Shown: positions 1 to 8,300 of the stretch, piece after piece
Layout of the letters: the number at the start of each line of letters is the position of its first letter
How positions within the stretch are numbered: the first letter of the stretch is position 1
Source of the DNA: Macrostomum lignano
Lineage: Eukaryota
NCBI GenBank assembly: GCA_002269645.1
Contig: NIVC01003007.1
Coordinates: forward strand, 1-28,402
Reading direction: 5' to 3'
DNA length: 28,402 nucleotides
Notes under the pieces: model-generated
Seen by the model: only the letters and a program-made list of their open reading frames with translations
What the model was told of the DNA's origin: nothing
The model's database searches: none
Position numbers and translations under genes: made by a program

Positions 1-1063
1 GAAGAACAGCTAACCGCTTGTAGAATTCAGGCATGCCTTTTCCAGTTGAGGGCGGTTGGTCTTGAGGTTGTGGAGTTGGTTGGGCTTGTGGCTGCTGGGG
101 AGGCTGATGCAAAAGACTGCTCACTTTCAGAGATGAACTGTCATGTGGTGCCTGTCTTGTGTGAGGTGTGAAAACTCTTTGCTTGATTCTGTTCATTCGA
201 TCTGGAGAGTGTTGTTCTAAGTGTTGCCAATCTGTTGGGTTTTGTTTCTTATATTCAGCTACTTGAGTCGGATCTGCATTTTCCAGTTGCCTGCAGTACT
301 TCTGTGAAATGTTGCTGCTCTGTGGTGTTGTGGTTGTTGTTGCTGTTGTTGTTGTTGTTCTAGATATTTTATGACTTCCGCCTGATCTGGCAAATCGAAC
401 CATTGTTTAAAGTGATTGTACTTTTTGAATCTAGTCAGGTTGACACCGTTATCATACATAAGTCTCAGGACTTCTGGGGCCTTTAGTATTGCTATATCTC
501 TAGCAAGAGCAAAAGTCACTAGATCTCTATAGTTCTTTAGCTGTTTGTCCGAGATTCTCTCTTGGTTCTTGGTCATAAAAGTCAGTAAGGTTTCTGTGAA
601 AGGAATGCTCTTAGTTTCCGAGCCTTTGACAACAGAAATATGTTTCTTATTTATGTCGATATAATATTCCACTGGTTCATTATAAATGTTTCTTCTCCAC
701 ATACTTATTCCAAATACATATTTCCCATCATGTTCGACACGCTCTACTGGTCCAAAAATGTTATCTGTCACTTTTAGTTGTGATTGATGTGGTTGTGGTT
801 GTTGTGGTTGCGGCTGTATCTGTGGTGCTCTGGAATTTTGCCCAAAACCTTTTGCACTTGGTTTCCTGTATGTCGTCGATAGTTTCTTTGACCTGATCAA
901 TATTTTTCTTAGCTTCTCCATACCCGGGCTTATGAAACTCTGTGGCTGCTTGGACAAACTCATTGTAGGATTGTTGCTCCTTATTTATTAGCCCGGTAAC
1001 TCGTTTCTCTGCTTGTGCTAGCTTCTCCAATTCAGATATCTGCTGTGTACTTTTCCGCTTCAT
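1..1063 (-). pseudogene. Polinton/adintovirus-type accessory protein gene broken into three reading-frame segments; runs off the window start
   Basis: ATG at 1063 after an A-rich leader opens a coiled-coil-like segment (761-1063). The 259-963 frame carries DNIFGP..FG..TETLLTFMTK..LKNYRDLV. A third segment, open from 403 to base 1 and read by hand, ends ...STGKGMPEFYKRLAVLL. These motifs resemble a conserved Polinton protein as I recall it (D..FG, T.gL..ll..k, G.G..RL.lL.aS..AGN). It is divergent from the capsid gene across only 30 bp. Confidence 0.55.
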
Positions 1064-1093
1064 TTCTTATTTTATTTTATTTTTAGTTAAAAA

Positions 1094-2380
1094 ATGAACG
1101 ACCCACTGACACCAGTTTTCTACAAAATTAACAAGCCTATTTTGAGTGATGATAGCACAATCAAAGCGACACAAGTTAGAGTTCCGAGTCACGAGAACCA
1201 GAATGAAACTAATTTGGGTCCAGGTCAAACACTGACATTTACATACAATGGATGTTCGTCTCTGGTTAGTGTGCACAGTCTTAAGAGCGGCTTCCATATG
1301 ACATTTCAATTCAAGACAAAAGGTGGTGCGGATGCGGCTCGTGCTAACGTTGACAAGCATGATGCGGATGTGGCTCTGATCAGTAACTTTTGGGCGTACA
1401 TGTTCAAGGAGTTTAGTGTATCGAATGGGAGCACAGAGTTGGAGCGAATCGCCAACTTTGGAATTGTCTATGACGCTCATTGTTTGATCGAGAATCCTGA
1501 TTTTATTCAGTTGGGAAGTGGTGCGGGTTTTATTGCAGATGAAAAAGAAGGAGATATCAATGACAGTGGTTATAAAAATAGGAAGAAGAGATACAACTAT
1601 GCATTGCAAGGTGCTGATGATGCTGCTAAGAACCCGCAGTATCGGTCTGTTGATGTATTTGTACCACTGAGATTCATGAGTGGATTCTGTAATACATTTA
1701 ATCGACTGACTAGTAACTTTAGCTACACATTTAGACTGACTAGAGATGATCGCAGTAGAGTGTTGTGGACTGGGGCGGACCACACAAGGATGGAGGTGAA
1801 GCTAACCGGAATCGAGCTGTATTTGGAAGTCATTGAGCCAAAGACTGCACTAAAAGCAGACTATCTTAAGGCAATAGAGAAGGACATTGATGTTGCATAC
1901 ACGGCCTACATGTGTCGAGATGAGCGAAACGAAACTAGAACAAACATCTGCATCAAAGAGGGATCATGCAGCAATCCAAGGTATATCATTATTAATATGA
2001 GAAACCCAAATAGCATTATACGCTACATGCATGGAGACGTGCGGTCCATTCAGCATGAAATCAGTGATAATCTTTACCCTGCACTGCCACAAAATGGAGA
2101 TTTCAGTCAGAACAAGATTAGCAAATTTTACAGCGAGTTGGTCGACTTGGCTGTGAAAGAGAACAATGGAATTGCTATCACTGCTCTTCAATATGGAACT
2201 CTATATCCGATGTTTGGAGCTGATGTGTCTGCCAGACAAATGCCTACTGATAACAGCCCTGTGAATATCGTGACTAACATTGAAAGGACTGTCGCAACAC
2301 CCGTGGACTTGTACATTATCTATGCATTTGAGAGGAAGGTGAAGCTTAACATGATCAACAATTCATCCAGTAAAGTTTAA
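1094..2380 (+). CDS. Polinton/adintovirus major capsid protein (double jelly-roll, hexon-like), intact 428 aa
   Basis: Intronless ORF with motifs typical of Polinton MCPs: KPILSDDSTI near the N-terminus, DVALISNFWAYMFKE...ELE..G, VPLRFMSGFCNTF...YTFRLTRDD, PRYIII and YPMFGADVS.Q. It lies directly upstream of a penton-like ORF. Confidence 0.85.
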   Translation: MNDPLTPVFYKINKPILSDDSTIKATQVRVPSHENQNETNLGPGQTLTFTYNGCSSLVSVHSLKSGFHMTFQFKTKGGADAARANVDKHDADVALISNFWAYMFKEFSVSNGSTELERIANFGIVYDAHCLIENPDFIQLGSGAGFIADEKEGDINDSGYKNRKKRYNYALQGADDAAKNPQYRSVDVFVPLRFMSGFCNTFNRLTSNFSYTFRLTRDDRSRVLWTGADHTRMEVKLTGIELYLEVIEPKTALKADYLKAIEKDIDVAYTAYMCRDERNETRTNICIKEGSCSNPRYIIINMRNPNSIIRYMHGDVRSIQHEISDNLYPALPQNGDFSQNKISKFYSELVDLAVKENNGIAITALQYGTLYPMFGADVSARQMPTDNSPVNIVTNIERTVATPVDLYIIYAFERKVKLNMINNSSSKV

Positions 2381-2401
2381 ATATTTTTTATGTGAAAAAA
2401 A

Positions 2402-3265
2402 ATGGAAGCGATTGCTGAAAGACTAAATAATATTATTTCGCACTCCAAGGAGAGCATTCCTATTACAATAACTGGGCGAATTAATGACTCAAACGGGATG
2501 TTTGTTGAAAAATTAGAGCAGGCGATTCGCCTGGATCCAGGCGCTAATTACCATGTCTATCTTAACGACTTCACTGGTTGGTCAAACGTTCCCAATGTGA
2601 TGGCAGCAAATAATAAGTTTTATTACAAATGGAAAGGTGCAGCAGCAGACCCTGTGGTATTCCAGGTGAGCACGCAAAGTGTGGATACCTACAATAACTT
2701 TCTAGAAAATGTCTTTACTAAGAGAGGCCATTTTGAGACACCTGATGCGAGTAAGCCAGAGAAGAAACTGTTCCCTGTCAAACTAACCTATGATCTCACT
2801 GTAGTGAGAGTGGTCATGCAAGTTCACAAAGATGCGGAGGTTGAGTTTAAAGATGACACTTGGTATAGGGAACTGGGATTCGAGAAGAAAGTTTATAAGG
2901 CAGAATCCGCGGCGCGGACCGCCACTCAAGCATTGGGGACCGTTAGCATGGCCCGGGAAAGTGTACGCGGTTTGTTCTTAGCACCCAATATAGCAGACAT
3001 TGTAAAGGGTTTGAATATTCTAATCAGAACTAATCTCAGTCTTGATTGGGTATTTAAGGGAAAGCGAACGAATATTTTGTACAATATCTCCAACTCTGTA
3101 GCTGGAGGACAGATGGTGGTAGAGAAACCAAATCCAGTGAAAAGAGTTGTATTGAGTAATAAGGAGATTCACGAGATTGTGCTACAGTTTGAGATTGAAG
3201 ATGGGATGGGTGTTGATTTCAACTGTGAAGAGTTTGTATTGACGTTGATCATTGAGAGAATGTGA
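2402..3265 (+). CDS. Polinton/adintovirus minor capsid protein (penton), intact 287 aa
   Basis: LEQAIRLD...YHVYLNDFTGWSNVPNV..ANNKFYY at the N-terminus and GVDFNCEEFVLTLII at the C-terminus match the Polinton penton pattern. It starts 21 bp after the MCP stop. Confidence 0.8.
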   Translation: MEAIAERLNNIISHSKESIPITITGRINDSNGMFVEKLEQAIRLDPGANYHVYLNDFTGWSNVPNVMAANNKFYYKWKGAAADPVVFQVSTQSVDTYNNFLENVFTKRGHFETPDASKPEKKLFPVKLTYDLTVVRVVMQVHKDAEVEFKDDTWYRELGFEKKVYKAESAARTATQALGTVSMARESVRGLFLAPNIADIVKGLNILIRTNLSLDWVFKGKRTNILYNISNSVAGGQMVVEKPNPVKRVVLSNKEIHEIVLQFEIEDGMGVDFNCEEFVLTLIIERM

Positions 3266-3529
3266 TGTTAAAATAACTAAATATTTTATTTCAGTTCTAT
3301 TTCGAATTTTTAGTATATTTTTCTAGTCATAATACTTATTAGTAGGCAACCTCACGCTTTTTGGACTGACCAAGCATTATTTTTTTTCTAACCAGTATTT
3401 AGTGAAAGGATTGAAAACACAAAAGAAATCGGACACAAAAAGATAGTCTGTGCTCAGTCTATTGTTTTATTATGCCAAAAGTTGGTTAACTTCGCAAGTA
3501 TTCGCACATAAAAAACACAAGTCTGTCAT

Positions 3530-3672
3530 TAGTCTTTCTCAGAAAAAAAGCTTTTTTTTGCACAGTTGAATTCGTGCGAATTCCTGTTAAGACAGGAAAT
3601 GGCGCGAATCCAACTGCGCACTAGTCTTTCTCAGAAAAATGCTATTTTGCACAGTTGAATTCGTGCGAATTC
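3530..3672. repeat. Two direct copies of a ~52-bp unit containing the hairpin GAATTCG-TG-CGAATTC
   Basis: tagtctttctcagaaaaa...ttttgcacagttgaattcgtgcgaattc begins at ~3530 and again at ~3622. Confidence 0.85.
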
Positions 3673-3680
3673 TTGTTATG

Positions 3681-3840
3681 CACATGATTTTTACGAACGT
3701 TCGTAAAAATCATGTAACCACTGAGAGCCGCTTTATGCTGCACATGATTTTTACGAACGTTCGTAAAAATCATGTAACCACTGAGAGCCGCTTTATGCTG
3801 CACATGATTTTTACGAACGTTCGTGAAAATCATGTAACCA
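3681..3840. repeat. 60-bp tandem repeat (2.7 copies), each with a 34-bp palindrome
   Basis: acatgatttttacgaac|gttcgtaaaaatcatgt is perfect at 3682-3715 and 3742-3775 and has one mismatch at 3802-3835. A partial copy lies at ~4088-4115. Confidence 0.95.
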
Positions 3841-3955
3841 GTGGGAATCGAACCATGCGGGGCAGACTGAGACCGGTTTCGGGCTTGTTTGCCCTCGTCA
3901 GTCAGTCATAGCCACACGAGGTCGGCTCCACCTCTAGCCAGCTGAGTGGAACTGC
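3826..3955 (-). ncRNA. Putative ~130-nt tRNA-like/Pol III-type RNA hosting the hammerhead
   Basis: On the minus strand: TATAAATA (3963-3956), a D-arm-like hairpin CTC-AGCTGGCTA-GAG (3946-3932), a 5-bp hairpin AGCCG/TGGCT, the hammerhead, a B-box GGTTCGATTCC (3854-3844) and TTTT (3829-3826). The A-box is degenerate and the acceptor and T stems are imperfect. Confidence 0.5.
3865..3907 (-). ncRNA. Type I hammerhead ribozyme (minimal form, palindromic helix III)
   Basis: The minus strand reads GACUGA-CUGACGA-GGGC(AAACAA)GCCC-GAAA-CCGG-UC/UCAGUC. This gives a 6-bp stem I, an intact CUGAnGA and GAAA core, a 4-bp stem II and a GUC triplet, with predicted cleavage between 3871 and 3870. Confidence 0.85.
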
Positions 3956-4172
3956 TATTTATACGCCCTTGCACCAAGTCCTTGCCTTGCACATGGCGAC
4001 ATTTTCTAGTCAACCATGTGAGGAATTCGCGCCATGTTCAAATAGCTTTACTATCAGTAAGCTATCGCTTACAAATGTAACTAATACGAGCCGCTATATG
4101 CTGCACATGATTTTGTCAGTATTTTTAGATCTTGCGTCTGCACTCTACAGGGTACAACCGTGTAGTTGGCTA

Positions 4173-4409
4173 CTACAACTGCCTTATAACTTCAGCAAAG
4201 TTATAATAGCTGTCAAAATTGTTAATGACTACTCCGTGTTTTTCAAACCAGTGAGATTTAAGTGCTTGATTAATATTAGGGACATTGATATCAACGTCGG
4301 GCCAATATTTTCTCATGTACTCGCTGCATTCTAGTTTGCATCGGTACTTGGATTTGTACAATGGATGAGGCTGAGTATAATAAGAACCTGGAGAGACAAC
4401 TGGAAACAT
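4173..4409 (-). CDS. Small 78-aa hypothetical protein, probably of the Polinton
   Basis: Non-repetitive ORF whose ATG follows an A-rich leader (ctcaataaaaATG) like those of the MCP (gttaaaaaATG), penton (gaaaaaaaATG) and the 1063 gene. No family recognised. Confidence 0.5.
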   Translation of the reverse strand: MFPVVSPGSYYTQPHPLYKSKYRCKLECSEYMRKYWPDVDINVPNINQALKSHWFEKHGVVINNFDSYYNFAEVIRQL

Positions 4410-4609
4410 TTTTATTGAGAATTTAGTTTTTTTTCAAAGGGTAAGGACCCATGGTTTGGGGATTTAAAGTCTTAGGGATGTGGTAGCACGTTGCAAATTG
4501 AATGTGGGCCCCATGGGGAGAAGAATGCAGATTATTTTCTGATTGTTTCGAAGATGCTATGGGTGGATGTCAGTGTCAGTGAACATAACAGGTATCAGTG
4601 GACACCTGC

Positions 4610-4824
4610 TCTGATTCTGTCAGGGATTATATGGATGGATTTAATGGGATTATGGAGGACGTTTTGTGAGCGAGTGCGACCCCCCTTTTTTCTGATTCTG
4701 TCAGGGATAATATGGATGGATTTAGGTGGATTATGGAGGACGTTTTCGGAGCGAGTGCGACCCCCCTTTTTTTCTGATTCTGTCAGGGATAATATGGATG
4801 GATTTAATGGGATTATGGAGGACG
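4610..4824. repeat. 81-82-bp tandem repeat, 2.6 copies
   Basis: tctgattctgtcagggat.atatggatggattta...ggattatggaggacgt starts at 4610, 4691 and 4773. Confidence 0.9.
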
Positions 4825-5036
4825 TGAAAAATTTTGTCCCAAAAGCCCCCTCATGCCTTCTACTGAGTTCATTTAGATTTCTATAACGCCCGTAAAGATG
4901 CTGACCATACATTCGCTATGAAACAATTTGAGCAGACGGAATTTTCGGAGCTTAATAAAAGGCCACGCGATTCGACGGTTGGCGTTCGGCCAGGATTCAC
5001 GAGTTCCAAATAAATTACCGTGGGTAGAAGTCTAAG

Positions 5037-5117
5037 CAAGGACGATTAGAAGTTACCGTTGTACTCGTATTCAGGCTGTAACACAACTGCTACAACGGTA
5101 ACTTCTAGTGGCCCTTG
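5037..5117. mobile_element. 81-bp MITE, hAT-like
   Basis: 27-bp TIRs starting CAAGG (23/27 match, inner 17 bp perfect at 5047-5063 and 5091-5107), flanked by the 8-bp direct repeat AGTCTAAG (5029-5036 and 5118-5125), the TSD length typical of hAT elements. Confidence 0.75.
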
Positions 5118-5382
5118 AGTCTAAGCTCCAGACTACCTACATGTTTATACATGCGAATGCATAAGCGTGTATAGTCTAGTAATGTACGAGCAACGCACTT
5201 AATCTACTTAATGACTTGTATGACGACGTCGACTATTAACATCGGCTGGCAAACGTCGCAATCTCCGGTTTTGACAGTGTAGCATGTATGAGTAGCGTCT
5301 AACCGCTGATGCAGACAGCGATTCCTTAATAAACTTAATAAAATTTCAGTAACTTTAGGAGTACTACAACATCATTTTATAG

Positions 5383-8300
5383 GCATGAATTCCGGCTATG
5401 ACTGCATTTCTGGTACAGCTGACGAAGCAGCTCGGCAGCGACAGCAGGCCGTCTACACCGGCTACAGGAATGTGGCGGCCTCGGGAGAGCCCTGCTTGGC
5501 CTGGAACCAGATCGTGGAACGAAACAAGCAGAGAAAGCAAAAAATAGATCCAGTTGGTAACGTGCATGTACTATGTAGACGTAAAATAATAAAACGCGTT
5601 TTACGTGTAAAACCAATACGGTGGTGGTTACTAGTAGAACGGTGAAGTATTTATTCGTAAGTATTATATTCAATTAAAAAAATTAACGAGATTTTTCGAG
5701 GAAAGAAAGTTTTTTCGGGAAAATTTATGATAATATTTAAAGCGCTTTAACAACAAAAACCTGGGCTAAGTTAGCAGTATGGTCTAATAGTTGTCTTGGA
5801 CAATAAAAAAACTAATTGACGAGAAAAAATCATTTATTAGAATTTTAGATTATAAGTAGCTATACTTTATAAGTTACACGTATACTTTATATACAAACGA
5901 TTATACGGGGAAGCAAGTTTCGCTACTACTCGTACAAGTTTAGAAACATCAGACAAAAACAATTTGTGACTGAATGAGAAACTCTTCTCTAGTAGCAGTA
6001 ACAACAAAACACAATAACACAATAACGATATAAAAAAAACTGTGTAGTTGTTGAGTGAAAGTATTTTATTTATTTATATAATCCAGTTGTCCTCCAGCGC
6101 TTTTAATATTTAAACAAAATGTCTTTATATTTTAAACTGTCACATTTCAGCCAACTATGACTATAAAATGCGGATTCATTTGGAAACGCCCGACTATGAC
6201 CGGCTTGAAGGTGCTGACAATTTTTGCAGGCCTGCTCAAATTATCCGGGAGTTTGGCTTTTCAGACAGGGTTTATTAGTAAGCTTTGATTGCAGCTATAC
6301 GCTTAATAGTGCTGCCAATTCAGTAATTATTTAAGTGCCAAAACACTTGCAGCCCTAAGTTCTCATATCGAACATTTCAGTCGGAACCCAGATTTGAAAT
6401 CAGACGACGAGGCTCCCTCCTGCGCTTCTGACACCTTCGGAAAATCCAACTTGGTAAATTTGGCATTGACCAAGTGCGACATTCCCGCCTGCTGTGAGTT
6501 TAGCATTTGCCAGTCAAATAGTCCTAAAAAATATTGTGCCAGTTTCTGCCTGCATCTGTCTCACTTCTGTCTGAATGTCTGTCTCTCGATTGGCGCCCGC
6601 CCCTGTCCTTGGGCCTGTCCCTCTCATCTTAGGCCTGTGATTTCACAACGCCGAAAACTCTACGAGTATATACGAGACCCTCTAGCTCGTACAAGACCAA
6701 ATTTGACAACGCCAAATATTTGCATGGTCCTTGTTTTATTAAGTTTTCTACGATGTGAACTTTCCGTCATATGAATTTTCGGACTTGTAAAGGGTCTTGC
6801 ATATGGAGTTTTCGGTGTTGTGAAATTTCGGTCTTATGAAAGGAACCCATCAGTTCTTTAGTTTGTTTTTTTAATAGGAACGTCCCCCCCCCTCGCCCCT
6901 CCCCTTCTGCTTAGGCCACAATACAATATAGTACATGTATTTAGCTTTAAGATAAGTAGAAGAAATGTCACAGTCAATAAGTGCTACAGTTTTCTAGCTC
7001 TTATTGATGTCTTGCAGACACTAAAGTTCCCACCGTGACTGCTGCGATCCGGGATGGCATCGGCAGCCACCTGCTGGCCCTGCAGTTCAGCAGCGACCTG
7101 AGCTTCACCCTGGCCGAGTGCTCCTTCGGTGGCCAGAGCTGCACTAAAGACGACTTCCTGAGCGTGTCTCACCCGCAGCTGGGCATGTGTCACCACTTTA
7201 TGAAGCAGCGATTCACCCAGAACATGTCCAGCTCGCAGTTGGCGGACAGTCAGCTGTCAATCAAATATTTCACGGACTTGACAGACTCGAATGGTGGAAC
7301 AATACCAGAATTGGACAAGCTGAACCGCATCGTGCACAGGTCCGTCAGCAATGATGAAAGAAAAATCGCTTTTAAAGTAAGTCCTACAAACAGTGAATAT
7401 TTTGAAACTGTTTGTACCATGCCGTTGCGTTGTGTTCTTCTCTCAATTTTTCATGTCCTAATTCCCATGTCTTAGTTCCTAGTTCTCAACCCCGCCTGTT
7501 CAATCTTATTTCTCATTGTTAGTAGAAGCTTTTATTTAATTACCACTTTATTAGTTTTTCACGAACATCTGAATTTTGCAGGCAGTCATAGTCCCAGAAG
7601 GCAGCTACCCATGGCCGTCAAAGGGTGTCGATGTTGCCACAGCTCAAAGCATGGATATTCAGTTGAGTTTTAAAAAAATTAAGAAGCTATCCACTGCATC
7701 GAGGCCCTGTGTTGAGAACACGGAGCCTGTAACTTACAGAATGCCGTCTTGGAAGCAGGCTAAAACCACGAGTTCTAATGAGTAAGCCTGGAAATATTAC
7801 TTGGACATAAGTATGATCCTAAATTGCATTATCGTGACTTTCTATTTCAGGGAAAATATACGTTTACACTTCGTTAAGGCAGCCTCGGAATGGTGGCAAA
7901 AAATTGCTGTTCTGCGAGCACAACTTGAAAAACAAAACGCGTTGAGGTGCGTGGCATACTGTACTCAAAATTTTAACCTGTCCAACAGTTTAATCCTACG
8001 ATATGAAATCTTTTACATTTGACTTTGTAGACCCCTGCAAGCAATGGATTGGCGCTACAATATCCCAAGCAAAGAAGACTACACAAACAAATTTACTGTG
8101 CAACATTTCGCTAAGGCATGTAACTGCTTGCCATCATTTCTGCCAATTGAAGTTGAGTTATTCTCGAACTATACCTTCTGCTTTGACACCAATGACACGG
8201 GAACTGTGTCAAGGCTACGGGAATCATGCTACAGAGAGCAGTTATCGAAGCTGCTGCAGTACCAGTTCGAGGCGGCTAAGAAAGCCTTGTCGCCGTGCGA

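Larger units (their letters stand above)
1..4830. mobile_element. Terminal part of a Polinton/Maverick (adintovirus-like) element; right boundary uncertain but upstream of the host exon at 5383
   Basis: Compact intronless genes with A-rich leaders (MCP, penton and two others) are followed by a non-coding zone of direct and inverted repeats, as expected near Polinton terminal inverted repeats. pPolB, integrase, ATPase and protease genes are not in the window. Confidence 0.75.

Noticed and set aside
405-412. TTTAAAC slippery heptamer (minus strand) as the cause of the second frameshift
   Set aside because: It is in the wrong frame for the required shift, and the target frame has a TAA at that spot.
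1067-1783. 238-aa antisense ORF
   Set aside because: It is the shadow of the MCP gene with no recognisable motifs.
3681-3840. CRISPR-like array (palindromic repeats with regular spacing)
   Set aside because: The spacers are identical, there are no cas genes, and the context is eukaryotic.
3826-3955. Functional tRNA gene
   Set aside because: The acceptor and T stems pair poorly, the anticodon-like loop is 8 nt without the usual U33, and a 43-nt ribozyme interrupts it.
5131-5145. Polinton terminus at GACTACCT followed by a 6-bp TSD (ACATGT)
   Set aside because: It only loosely resembles the usual AGT-repeat termini and cannot be tested without the other end.
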